From positions 2,214 through 66,213 of the forward strand of contig MEVD01000014.1 of the NCBI GenBank assembly GCA_001772865.1: a DNA stretch of 64,000 bases. Reading direction: 5' to 3'. A program made the translations under genes and the position numbers. The notes beneath the pieces are model-generated. The model was not told where the DNA came from. It did not search any database and was given only the letters and a program-made list of their open reading frames with translations. How positions within the stretch are numbered: position 1 is the first letter of the stretch; each line of letters starts with the position of its first letter. This document shows, piece by piece, positions 8,963 through 18,393 of this stretch. This DNA is from a candidate division WWE3 bacterium RIFCSPHIGHO2_02_FULL_38_14 (GTDB lineage: Bacteria; Patescibacteriota; WWE3; UBA101185; UBA10185).

Positions 8963-9988
8963 CTACTTTACTAAGAAATTAAATCTTTCGTTAAATACCG
9001 GGATTGTTTTAAAGTTAGTGCCTGACAAGATATCCATATCAAAGTATGAAGCTCTTTGCTTGTTTATATTCCATTGAGTAGGTGACATTATTCGCTCAAA
9101 ATACTTCTCACCATCTTTTTCAATTACACCTATTCCGGCCCAAAATTTAGCTTTCGAAACACTAGTGGAACCGATGTCAATCGCGTTTGATATTTTATTC
9201 GAGAATAAAACTATCTTGTCCGCCCCCCGGACAAATTCTTTTCGTTTGGTGAGTTTAAGATACCCTTCGCTTATATACATCAATTCTTCAATCAATTTCA
9301 CGAATTTATCTGTCGGAGTATTTGAATAATCAACTTTACCAATTCGGTTAAAATTAAACTCGAAACCGATATTTCTCAGTTTTTCTTTTCTTTCTGTACT
9401 TAAACCATCACTTTTCAATCTAGAAACTATTTTATCTAATTCCACTTCATATTCTGATAAAGATTTATAAATATCAGGGTATATTTGAATTAATTCCATC
9501 TTTAAATTAGCTGGAAAATGCTTTTTATATTCCTCTATTAAGGATTTGAAAGAATTAATGTATGAATCCAATGCTGCTCGGGGATAATTGTCTATTTTTT
9601 CAATAACAACATCATCAGAAGAAAAATAAAACTCGACTCCGGGTTGATAAGAATTAAAAATAGGCGCTACATAGCGTAATACATATGAAATTACCATAAA
9701 CTCTGCCCAATCAACTTCCGGATAACTGGGAACACGCCATATCTTGTATCCGCCAAAGGGATAAGTAAATTTAATGGGTGAATTACTCTCAACATTTAAT
9801 TTGATTGCATTCCTTACTTGCTTTTCAGACTCAGGATCAACTGAAGTTTTACGAAATTTTGTGGAAGTTAGTTTCTTATATATAAATTCCTGTATACCTT
9901 CATACTTAATGGTTTTGCTTTCCTCTTCGGATAACTGATATCCGCTGGGATTTTGCAGTCTTGATATTAAAAATTCTTTTAGAGACAT
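8963..9988 (-). CDS. Hypothetical protein, 341 aa, cytosolic, no recognised domain
   Basis: Long ORF with local codon usage and no signal peptide. Divergently oriented to the deacetylase gene. Confidence 0.5.
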   Translation of the reverse strand: MSLKEFLISRLQNPSGYQLSEEESKTIKYEGIQEFIYKKLTSTKFRKTSVDPESEKQVRNAIKLNVESNSPIKFTYPFGGYKIWRVPSYPEVDWAEFMVISYVLRYVAPIFNSYQPGVEFYFSSDDVVIEKIDNYPRAALDSYINSFKSLIEEYKKHFPANLKMELIQIYPDIYKSLSEYEVELDKIVSRLKSDGLSTERKEKLRNIGFEFNFNRIGKVDYSNTPTDKFVKLIEELMYISEGYLKLTKRKEFVRGADKIVLFSNKISNAIDIGSTSVSKAKFWAGIGVIEKDGEKYFERIMSPTQWNINKQRASYFDMDILSGTNFKTIPVFNERFNFLVK

Positions 9989-10187
9989 ATTTATGGGGTA
10001 GAGGGAAGGATTTTACCTTCGTCTTTTCCACACAAGGAAGCATTTTGATCAAACTACCTCTACCAAATATCAATCTTATTATATTCCAAATAAAACATTT
10101 GCATAATTGTATAATATTCCCACATCCTAACAGACAGCCCGACAAAAACTATTGTCATAATATGTTTTAACATTTACAATTACCTAT

Positions 10188-11615
10188 ATGATACGACGAC
10201 CGTATTTGACCTATATCATTATTTGTACATATCTTCTAAGTACCTTTTTTATACAAAATAAAGTCTCCGCCGCGGAAAACTTAATACCCAACCCTTCATT
10301 TGAAACTCAAGGAACGAATAACAACCCCCTGAATTGGAACAAAAGCGGCTACGGAACAAATACTAGAGTTTTTACATACCCAGTTACTGGTCAAAACGGT
10401 GGAAAAGCCATTCAGATTGAAATAAAGAGTTTTTCGAGCGGTGACGCCAGATGGCATTTTAACGAAATCAATGTTTCTGGAGGTGAGAAGTATGTATATT
10501 CACAAGTATATAAATCAAATGCCACCAGCGGATTAACCATTCGTTATCAGAAAGAAGGAAGCAGTAGATATTATTATGCATGGATCGCCAATCCGGGCGC
10601 CTCCAGCGATTGGAAAACCTTTACAAAAGAATTTACGATGCCCTCCGGTGCTAAAAAAATGACAATATTTATTTTACTCTCAAGAGTTGGTAAATTAACT
10701 TTGGATTCAACATCTTTAACTAAAGTATCAACAACCCCGACGCCTACGCCTACACCGACTCCAACTCCCACACCTACACCCACTCCAACGCCTATCCCAA
10801 CTCCAACACCGACTCCAACCCCTACACCTACTCCAACGCCAACTCCTACCTCTACCCCAACACCTACACCCACTCCAACGCCAACCCCCACTCCAACACT
10901 TACCCCAACTCCAACCCCCACTCCTACACCTACTCCTACTCCTGTTCCAGATGAACCGGTAGGTATGGTATCACTGGATTTTGATGATGGGTGGTCTTCT
11001 ATTTACGACAATGGCATACCAATATTGAACGCAGCCGGGTTCAAGAGCACCCAATATATATATACCGACCCTTATATTAATGAATGGGAAGACTTTATGA
11101 CCCTTCAACAGCTTCTGGAACTCAAAAATCAGGGGCACGAAATAGGAGGTCATTCAAAATCACATGCACACTTAACTAACGTGAGTTCTTCTAGACTTCT
11201 TACCGAAGTTTCAGGATCACGAACAACTTTGATCAACTCTGGCCTTGGAGAAATAAGATCATTTGCCTATCCATTTGGGGAATACAACACCACTGTTATC
11301 AACGCTGTTAAAAACGCCGGTTATTCATACGCCAGGTCTGTTGACGACGAAGCATATAATGATAAAAACACCAGCCCTTATCTTTTAAAAACTAAAAATA
11401 TCGAAAAAAGTATTACATTCGCAACGGTTAAAAGCTGGATTGACGGCGCTGTCGCAAACAAAAAATGGCTGATAATAGTATTCCACGAAATATTAAACAA
11501 TGGGACACAATACAGCAGCACCCCGGCTGACTTACAAAAGATAGTTGATTATTTAAAAACAAACAATATTAAAGTAGTAACTGTTAGCGAGGGATATAAC
11601 ACAACATTTAACTAA
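10188..11615 (+). CDS. Secreted polysaccharide deacetylase (NodB/CE4 domain) with an N-terminal CBM4/9-like carbohydrate-binding module and a (Pro-Thr)n linker
   Basis: Signal peptide. NLIPNPSFE start typical of CBM4_9. Deacetylase motifs SLDFDDGW and [11 protein letters not shown]. Confidence 0.8.
   Translation: MIRRPYLTYIIICTYLLSTFFIQNKVSAAENLIPNPSFETQGTNNNPLNWNKSGYGTNTRVFTYPVTGQNGGKAIQIEIKSFSSGDARWHFNEINVSGGEKYVYSQVYKSNATSGLTIRYQKEGSSRYYYAWIANPGASSDWKTFTKEFTMPSGAKKMTIFILLSRVGKLTLDSTSLTKVSTTPTPTPTPTPTPTPTPTPTPIPTPTPTPTPTPTPTPTPTSTPTPTPTPTPTPTPTLTPTPTPTPTPTPTPVPDEPVGMVSLDFDDGWSSIYDNGIPILNAAGFKSTQYIYTDPYINEWEDFMTLQQLLELKNQGHEIGGHSKSHAHLTNVSSSRLLTEVSGSRTTLINSGLGEIRSFAYPFGEYNTTVINAVKNAGYSYARSVDDEAYNDKNTSPYLLKTKNIEKSITFATVKSWIDGAVANKKWLIIVFHEILNNGTQYSSTPADLQKIVDYLKTNNIKVVTVSEGYNTTFN
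10735..10945 (+). repeat. Coding microsatellite-like (ccn acn)n repeat encoding a ~70-aa Pro-Thr linker
   Basis: Direct observation of the ACN CCN tandem repeat. Its antisense reading yields the spurious GVGVGV ORF at 10574..10921. Confidence 0.9.
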
Positions 11616-11650
11616 ATAATCTGATAAAATAAAGAAACACCCCCACTATT

Positions 11651-13447
11651 ATGCCGCAGGAAAAAACTGATTTTTCCAATTCTAAAACTGCTCATCAGTG
11701 GCTTAAAATAGGCAAAAAACGAAGAGCCGGAGTATTAGTTCCTTTATTTTCAATCTATAGTCAAAATTCCGTTGGAATAGGGGAGATTCCTGACATAAAG
11801 CTACTAGTGGATTGGTGCACAAAAGTAAATATCAGTATTATTCAGCTTTTACCTTTGAATGACACTGGTTACAATTTTTCTCCTTATGACGCTGAAAGTT
11901 CATATGCGCTCGACCCAATGTACCTCAGTCTTTCAAATATATACGGACTCGAAACTAATAATTTTAAAAATGAAATTGATAAACTCAGGAGAAAATTCAA
12001 TATAAAAAACAATCGCGTAAATTACGAAATTAAACACGAAAAACTAAAATTATTGAAAAAAATGTTTGACTCAACCTATGAAATGCCGTCTGAATTTGAG
12101 GAATACAAAGAAAAAAATAAATATTGGCTAAGAGACTATGCTATTTATAAAACAATAAAGGATAAATTTAAACAGAATTCATGGGAAAAATGGGCAGATC
12201 CATACAAGAATCTTGACAATAATACTTCAACTCAGTTAATAAAAACCGAATACAGAACTGTAGTATTTTATGAATGGCTTCAATGGCAGCTGTACATTCA
12301 GATGACCGATTTAAAAGAATATGCAGACGAACAAGATGTCTTTATTATGGGAGATCTGCCTCTACTGGTCTCTAAAGACAGCGCAGACGTTTGGTCTAAA
12401 AAGGAATATTACATATTAGATAAATGTACAGGAACACCGCTGGATTTTGAATACATAAAAGGTCAGAGGTGGGGAATGCCGCCGTATAATTGGGTAAAAC
12501 TGGAAAATCGGGATTTTAATCACATTAAAGAAAGGCTTAAATACGCGGAAAACTTTTATGATATTTACCGGATAGACCATTTTATGGGCTTATTTAGATT
12601 ATGGGTAATAGATAATAAGTCACCAATAGAATTAGGTGGCTTTGAAGGTAAATACATTCCCGAAAACCCCGAGTTGTGGGAAACGCAAGGACTAAATATT
12701 TTAAATAAAATGCTTGAATCAACAAGCATGCTTCCATGCGGTGAAAATCTCGGCGATGTGCCTGAATGTGCAAATAATGTTTTAAATAACTATTTAATTC
12801 CCGGATTAGAAATTCAAAGATGGACATTCAAACATATAGCAAATAAATATAATAATATTTCAATGCTATCAACACACGATACTTCCACATTTATCGATTG
12901 GTGGGGAAATGAATGCGGAACAATTAACTCCGATTTTATAAAAAAACTTTGTGACGAAAATGAACTAAGTTATAAATCGACCATTAACAAATTATTTGAT
13001 ATTAATAATTCAGCCGGAAAAAGACTGGGATGGAAAGAAAATATAAATACAAAAGAAAAAATGCTAAAAACACTAAACCTGCCTTTCGAAAAATCTGGAG
13101 GATTTGAATATGCTTATTTAAATTCTTATGGCGAAAAACAGAAATTTCTGGAGTTTTTACAATTCAAAGAATTACCTGAAAAAAATGCTTCAAAAACATT
13201 ATTATTTAACGCATTAAAGAAATCACTTGATTCTAATACTATCTTTTCTATCCAATTAATTCTGGACTGGCTGGAATTAGGCGATATTTTCAATAATATA
13301 AAAAAATCAGAACCGAGAATTAATATTCCTGGAACCATTTCCGGAAACAACTGGACTTTTGCTATCCCGGTTCCTTTAGAAAAGTTTTTAGACATGACGG
13401 TAAACAAAACTATTATAGACCTCAACCGTTCTGCACACCGCACATAA
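11651..13447 (+). CDS. malQ: 4-alpha-glucanotransferase (amylomaltase, GH77)
   Basis: N-terminal AGVLVPLFSIYSQNSVGIGEIPD...LLPLNDTG motif characteristic of GH77. Size is consistent. Confidence 0.75.
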   Translation: MPQEKTDFSNSKTAHQWLKIGKKRRAGVLVPLFSIYSQNSVGIGEIPDIKLLVDWCTKVNISIIQLLPLNDTGYNFSPYDAESSYALDPMYLSLSNIYGLETNNFKNEIDKLRRKFNIKNNRVNYEIKHEKLKLLKKMFDSTYEMPSEFEEYKEKNKYWLRDYAIYKTIKDKFKQNSWEKWADPYKNLDNNTSTQLIKTEYRTVVFYEWLQWQLYIQMTDLKEYADEQDVFIMGDLPLLVSKDSADVWSKKEYYILDKCTGTPLDFEYIKGQRWGMPPYNWVKLENRDFNHIKERLKYAENFYDIYRIDHFMGLFRLWVIDNKSPIELGGFEGKYIPENPELWETQGLNILNKMLESTSMLPCGENLGDVPECANNVLNNYLIPGLEIQRWTFKHIANKYNNISMLSTHDTSTFIDWWGNECGTINSDFIKKLCDENELSYKSTINKLFDINNSAGKRLGWKENINTKEKMLKTLNLPFEKSGGFEYAYLNSYGEKQKFLEFLQFKELPEKNASKTLLFNALKKSLDSNTIFSIQLILDWLELGDIFNNIKKSEPRINIPGTISGNNWTFAIPVPLEKFLDMTVNKTIIDLNRSAHRT

Positions 13448-13463
13448 CATAACCTATAAGCAT

Positions 13464-13492
13464 TTGCACTCTCAAATTTAGATTGGTATAAT
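13464..13492 (+). promoter_or_regulatory. Sigma70-like promoter: -35 TTGCAC, 17-bp spacer, extended -10 TGgTATAAT, ~60 nt upstream of the LPxTG protein gene
   Basis: TTGCAC at 13464-13469 and TATAAT at 13487-13492, with TG at -15/-14. Confidence 0.45.
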
Positions 13493-13551
13493 GCGGTCAC
13501 TTCTTAGGAAGTTTATATACTTCTGCCTCCCTGCCAAAAAACTAAAAATAT

Positions 13552-14556
13552 ATGACAAAATATCTAAAACCTATAATAGTGCTTGTTTTACTAGTAGTTG
13601 TTTCTTATCCCGCTAGCGTATATGCCTGGGAAAATGATGACCACTCTTCGGCTATTTGTGACGGTGAGTGGGCTAAAGTCAGGGTTACTTTTAAAAATTT
13701 GGAATCAAAAGCAATGAACGTTGTAGCATTTGACGAAAATACCGGAAAATCGGTTGATCTTGGACAAATTAATCCTGGCGAAACTAAAGTAGGAATAATT
13801 GATCTAGGAATCCATAATACTGAAGCCGGAAGGATAAGATTTGAAATGACCTGGTCATCAGGAGAAGAAGGCTCCGATATTGAATACTCAAGACATTCAG
13901 ATGAAATCTGCAAGAAGGATGAAGAAGAGGAAGATGAGGAAGAAGATCACGAGGATGAAAACGGCGGAGAAGAAGAGAATGGTGGGGAAGACGAAAACGG
14001 TAATGGGGATGAGGAAGGTGAAAACGGCGGGGGAGTAGGCGGTAAAGAAGAAGAAAAAATAAGCGAAGACAAAAAATCCGAGAATCTGGAAGTTAATAAA
14101 AAGGTAAGAATCGGCGATAACGATAAATACAGCTCAAAGGTTGTAGGCGTAGATCAGTCAGAAATAATTACCTTTTTGCTTGAATTAAAAAACACCGGAG
14201 AAAAAAACATTCAGGACATTAAAGTGGTAGATGATCTGCCGGAAGAATTTGAGTTAATTTCGGGTAAATTAGAAGATAAAGTCGGTGAAGTAAAAGACGG
14301 TGAGGCTAAAAACTTATTTATAGTAGTTAAAGTTAAAGACGGAGTTAATTTAGCTGGAAAATGTGTAATAAACAAAGTTGAAGCCAAATGGGATGATAAC
14401 AAAGAATCAGACGAAGCTACAGTTTGCTTTGAGGAAAAAGAACTTATCGAACTTCCCAAAACCGGCCCGGATGGAAACTTATTATCGGTTCTTGGCGCAT
14501 TATCACTTATAATGGGAACAACTATAAAGGTTTACACCGAAATTAAAAAAGGCTGA
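13552..14556 (+). CDS. Secreted LPxTG-anchored surface protein with a poly-acidic (E/D/G-rich) segment and a DUF11-like repeat domain
   Basis: Signal peptide. Low-complexity EEEDEEEDHEDENGGEEENGGEDENG segment. C-terminal LPKTG, then a hydrophobic stretch, then a KVYTEIKKG tail, which is the classic sortase sorting signal. Confidence 0.7.
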   Translation: MTKYLKPIIVLVLLVVVSYPASVYAWENDDHSSAICDGEWAKVRVTFKNLESKAMNVVAFDENTGKSVDLGQINPGETKVGIIDLGIHNTEAGRIRFEMTWSSGEEGSDIEYSRHSDEICKKDEEEEDEEEDHEDENGGEEENGGEDENGNGDEEGENGGGVGGKEEEKISEDKKSENLEVNKKVRIGDNDKYSSKVVGVDQSEIITFLLELKNTGEKNIQDIKVVDDLPEEFELISGKLEDKVGEVKDGEAKNLFIVVKVKDGVNLAGKCVINKVEAKWDDNKESDEATVCFEEKELIELPKTGPDGNLLSVLGALSLIMGTTIKVYTEIKKG

Positions 14557-15523
14557 TTAATAGTTTGTTCAATTCCTCATAATTTCTGCAATTCATAAAA
14601 TTTTCCCGGAGTTTAGCCGCTCCGGGAAAGTTATTTATATACACCTTAAAAAACTTTTTCATTATATTAAAGTTCTTTGAGTCTCTCCATACTTCTTTAA
14701 ACATATCCACATGTTTTCTCATAATAATTAACATTTCATTCATGTTATGCTCTTTATTGTTACTTTCCTTGCTAAATATCCATAAATCATTAAAAACACC
14801 CCTTCCGATCATAACTCCGTCCACACCGTAATTTTTTATTTTAATTTCGGCTTCCTGATACGATTTCACATCACCGTTACCGATTATCAGAGTGTTTGGC
14901 GAGAGGCTGTTACGCAAGTCTATTATTTTAAGGGATTCTTCCCAATGTGCGGGGGTTTTAGATAACTCTTTTGCCGTCCTCAGATGAACTGTCAATGCTT
15001 CCAGCCTGCATTGCAATACAAATGACAGCCAGGTTTCAGTTTCAATATTATTGAAACCAATCCTTGTTTTAATACTCAGTGGCAGATTCGGAGCGCCTTC
15101 TCTTGCAGCGTTCACTATCTCCGCAGTCAAAGCGTGGTTTTTCATCAAGGCTGCGCCGCATTTGTTTTTTACTACAGTCCTGTCGGGACATCCCATATTT
15201 ATATCTATACCGTCAAATCCTAATTCCTTAATCAATTGTGCGGTTTTAAAATAATTTATCGGATTGGACCCCCAAATTTGGGCTACAACCGGCCTTTGTC
15301 TTTCTGAATATTTAAGTCTTGTTATTTGTTTTTCTCTGCCTGCAGAGAATAAAGCGTCACAATTGGTGAACTCTGTAAAAAGAACGCTTGGCTTTCCGAC
15401 ATCACAGATAATTTCCCTGAACACATAATCGGTCACATCATCCATAGGGGCCAGAATCAATAAAGGTTGTTTTATGTTCTGCCAAAAATTCTTAATTTTA
15501 ATCATAGTGGGGGAATTATACAA
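14543..15523 (-). CDS. dus: tRNA-dihydrouridine synthase
   Basis: LILAPMDDVTDYVFR and IDINMGCP motifs of the Dus family. Confidence 0.8.
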   Translation of the reverse strand: MYNSPTMIKIKNFWQNIKQPLLILAPMDDVTDYVFREIICDVGKPSVLFTEFTNCDALFSAGREKQITRLKYSERQRPVVAQIWGSNPINYFKTAQLIKELGFDGIDINMGCPDRTVVKNKCGAALMKNHALTAEIVNAAREGAPNLPLSIKTRIGFNNIETETWLSFVLQCRLEALTVHLRTAKELSKTPAHWEESLKIIDLRNSLSPNTLIIGNGDVKSYQEAEIKIKNYGVDGVMIGRGVFNDLWIFSKESNNKEHNMNEMLIIMRKHVDMFKEVWRDSKNFNIMKKFFKVYINNFPGAAKLRENFMNCRNYEELNKLLISLF

Positions 15524-15600
15524 AAAATCCAGATTAATAGAGCAGGATAGTTAGACGTTTATCAATCAGTATTTTGAGAACCAGTCTGCAAAGAGTAGCG

Positions 15601-16659
15601 TCAGTTTAATTGGGGTTCGGTTTTAGTTTCACTCTCCTGCAGGCTTGCGGGAATTTGAGCATTAATATAAGCCATTTCACAAAGCTTTAAAATAGTCTCT
15701 CCGTAATTAAACCCTTTTTTTTCGGCTGCTATAACAAAATCACTTTCAACTGTCATATCCGGATTGGCATTCACGTCCAAAATGTACGGAATATTATTTC
15801 TCACTCTCAAATCCATTCTTGCATAGCCTTCACACTTTGCCTCCTCATAACATTCAACTACTTCTTTTTTTATTCTCCTCAAAAGGGAAGGATCCATGTC
15901 TCCAGGCTCAATATATTCCGTTTTTTTAAATTCTTTTGAGTTTCTGTCCCATTTAGCTCCGAAGCTGAATATCTTCTCGTGATAATCATTAGTGAAATCA
16001 TAATTCAACGACATAAAAGGAAGTACTTCGGGTTTTTCGTAGCCCCAAAGTGAAATAAAGTACTCAGTTCCATTGATAAACTCTTCAACTATTAAACTTT
16101 GGTGAAATTTTTCAAAAAGCTGCTGCGCTCTAATAGCCAGCGCATTTGGTGTGTCAACAACCGATTCTTTAGTAACTCCATAGGAACAATGTTCATACGC
16201 GGGTTTTACAATACACGGAAAGATATGCCACTTATAAACATCCTTTAGTTTATCGAGAATTAAATATTTAGGCGTAGAAATTCCGCGTTCTGTAAGGAGT
16301 TTTTTAACTTTTACTTTATCCATTGAAAATTCCAACGATTCCGGTCCGTTCCCGGTGTATATATAGTTATATTTGTCAAGCAGCTTAGCAGCAACATCAA
16401 AATTATTATCAATTCCGTCCAATTCCTCGCACCAATTAAATACCACATAGTTCTCGGGATTGTGGCTTTTTAAAAAATTCTCAAGTTGAAATGATTTAGA
16501 AAACTCTTCAATTTGGAGTGCAAAGTTTTTTTCGGGTATTTGTTTCTTTAATAAATCGTATGAGAGATTAGTGCTTATTTTTTCATCTTCAGTCCATCCG
16601 TTCATAGCCACTGAAAGAACTAATATTTTTTTATCTTTTATTTTATTAAAATTGGGCAT
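15601..16659 (-). CDS. D-Ala-D-Ala ligase family ATP-grasp protein, paralog 1, with a variant active-site loop
   Basis: Collinear with Ddl: VVFNWCEELDG in place of HGxxGEDG, FPCIVKPAYEHCSYGVTK (cf. VKPxxxGSSxGxxKV), EEFINGTEYFISLWG, ARMDLRV..NIPYILDVNANPDMT (cf. GRIDxxLD..G..YLLEVNTxPGMT). Confidence 0.7.
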   Translation of the reverse strand: MPNFNKIKDKKILVLSVAMNGWTEDEKISTNLSYDLLKKQIPEKNFALQIEEFSKSFQLENFLKSHNPENYVVFNWCEELDGIDNNFDVAAKLLDKYNYIYTGNGPESLEFSMDKVKVKKLLTERGISTPKYLILDKLKDVYKWHIFPCIVKPAYEHCSYGVTKESVVDTPNALAIRAQQLFEKFHQSLIVEEFINGTEYFISLWGYEKPEVLPFMSLNYDFTNDYHEKIFSFGAKWDRNSKEFKKTEYIEPGDMDPSLLRRIKKEVVECYEEAKCEGYARMDLRVRNNIPYILDVNANPDMTVESDFVIAAEKKGFNYGETILKLCEMAYINAQIPASLQESETKTEPQLN

Positions 16660-16715
16660 TAGATTAATTAAATATTATTTTCACATTATGTCAATATCTT
16701 TTATGTTAATGCATG

Positions 16716-17765
16716 TTAATTGGAGTTGTAATAAAGTGGGTTTGTTTTAATTGAAGTGTATTGATATGACTCAACACGATCCAAAGCAATTTCACACAAT
16801 TTAATTATTACCCCGCCGTAATTCACTCCTGTATCCATAGCAGACTGTGCAAATCCGCCGTTTTCAGTAATGTCAGGATTGCTGTTTACGTCCAGAATAT
16901 AAGGATTTCCGTCTCTCATTCTTATATCTATACGTGCATAATCTTTACAGTTTAACACTCTGTATGTTCTAATAACCAACTTCTCAAGATTTTTTTTCAA
17001 CTTGAGATCTAAGTCACGTACAAAATAAGGTTGTGTTTTTTTATATGCATCCGAATCTAGAATCCATTTAGAATCATAGTTGCACAACCTGTCATGATAA
17101 TCCTCAAATTCTTTATAATCAATTGCACGAATAGGAAGAATTTCTAAATTATCATTCCCCCAAACTGCGATATTGAATTCTGTTCCGTCAATAAAATCTT
17201 CAACATATGCGGGGCCATTAAATGTTTCAATTACTTTTTTAACCTGCATTTCCAACTGTTCATGATTATCTACAACTGATTCTTTGGTAATCCCATAAGA
17301 ACTATGCTCTAAAGCAGGTTTTACTAATGCCGGAAAAACATTCCAATGATTTATCTTTTCATCTAATGATGTATAAACATTATATGCAGGGGTAGATAAT
17401 TTTTCTTTAATTAAAGTATTTTTTACTTTTATTTTATCAAGCGTAAACTGCAGATTTTCAGGATCATTTCCGGTATAGACAAATCCGATTTTCTCAAGCA
17501 GTTGCGGAGCTAAATGAAAGCTGTTTTTCATCCCGTCTAGCTCTTCACACCAGTTAAATACCACTGTGTTTGCAGGATCATGCTTTTTTAAATATCTCTC
17601 CAACTCCTTAGAAGTTGAAACAAAATAAGTTGTAACATTAATTCCTTTTTCTGATATTTGTTTTTCTAAAGTATTAACATTATCTAATCCATCTTTAGTT
17701 TCTTCTTCAGTCCAGCCTTCGCCTTCCATAGTATTGCATATAATTATAATCTCTTTATTAGTCAT
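16716..17765 (-). CDS. D-Ala-D-Ala ligase family ATP-grasp protein, paralog 2, tandem duplicate
   Basis: Same motif set: VVFNWCEELDG, FPALVKPALEHSSYGITK, ARIDIRMRDGNPYILDVNSNPDIT. About 40% identity to paralog 1 by eye. Confidence 0.7.
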   Translation of the reverse strand: MTNKEIIIICNTMEGEGWTEEETKDGLDNVNTLEKQISEKGINVTTYFVSTSKELERYLKKHDPANTVVFNWCEELDGMKNSFHLAPQLLEKIGFVYTGNDPENLQFTLDKIKVKNTLIKEKLSTPAYNVYTSLDEKINHWNVFPALVKPALEHSSYGITKESVVDNHEQLEMQVKKVIETFNGPAYVEDFIDGTEFNIAVWGNDNLEILPIRAIDYKEFEDYHDRLCNYDSKWILDSDAYKKTQPYFVRDLDLKLKKNLEKLVIRTYRVLNCKDYARIDIRMRDGNPYILDVNSNPDITENGGFAQSAMDTGVNYGGVIIKLCEIALDRVESYQYTSIKTNPLYYNSN

Positions 17766-17817
17766 TATTTAATTAAATAATATTTAGAGAAAGTGTCAAT
17801 AGGCATTTAATTGGAGT

Positions 17818-18393
17818 TTAATAGAACTTATTAATATTCGTATTAATATTAGTTATATAAATTACTTTTTCATTTAATTGGTTTATTGATTTTAAAAGAC
17901 CTGCGCTTAATAATACTGAGATTATAATTACAGAAAGTAAAGATAGTAAGCCTGAAATTATATTTCTCTTTTTAACTACTACAGTAGAGCTAATCATATC
18001 ATGCCAACCCTGTTTTTTAGGAGTTTTAAATATCCAGAAAAACCCAAGACCTAAAAATGCAAAAGAGACGGATTTTGCTATATATTCGCGAAAAATGGCT
18101 TGTTTAAAAGTAAGTTTGCTGCCGTCTTCATTTTCTATTTTTATTCCGGATAAAAGTTTTCCGGGAGTACCGCCGAATTTGCTTACAAGATAAGAATATA
18201 AAAATATCAGTAATATTCCATGAATTACTAAAAGATAAATTATAAACAAGATTAAATTCGCGATAAAGTTTTCATCGTTACTTGAATTCAATAAAATAAT
18301 TAAAACCGATGCACCTAAAATAAATAACAAAAATATATCGAGTATAATCGCTAATAGTCTTCTGAAAAAGGAAGCGTATTTGTTATTTTCCAT
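17818..18393 (-). CDS. RDD-family membrane protein
   Basis: N-terminal FFRRLLAIILD motif and 3 TM segments. Confidence 0.55.
   Translation of the reverse strand: MENNKYASFFRRLLAIILDIFLLFILGASVLIILLNSSNDENFIANLILFIIYLLVIHGILLIFLYSYLVSKFGGTPGKLLSGIKIENEDGSKLTFKQAIFREYIAKSVSFAFLGLGFFWIFKTPKKQGWHDMISSTVVVKKRNIISGLLSLLSVIIISVLLSAGLLKSINQLNEKVIYITNINTNINKFY

Noticed and set aside
10574-10921. Minus-strand ORF encoding (GV)n
   Set aside because: It is the antisense reading of the (PT)n linker microsatellite in the deacetylase gene.
10735-10945. Possible CRISPR-like short repeats
   Set aside because: This is a continuous 6-nt coding microsatellite (ACN CCN) with no spacers. It lies inside an ORF and encodes a PT linker.
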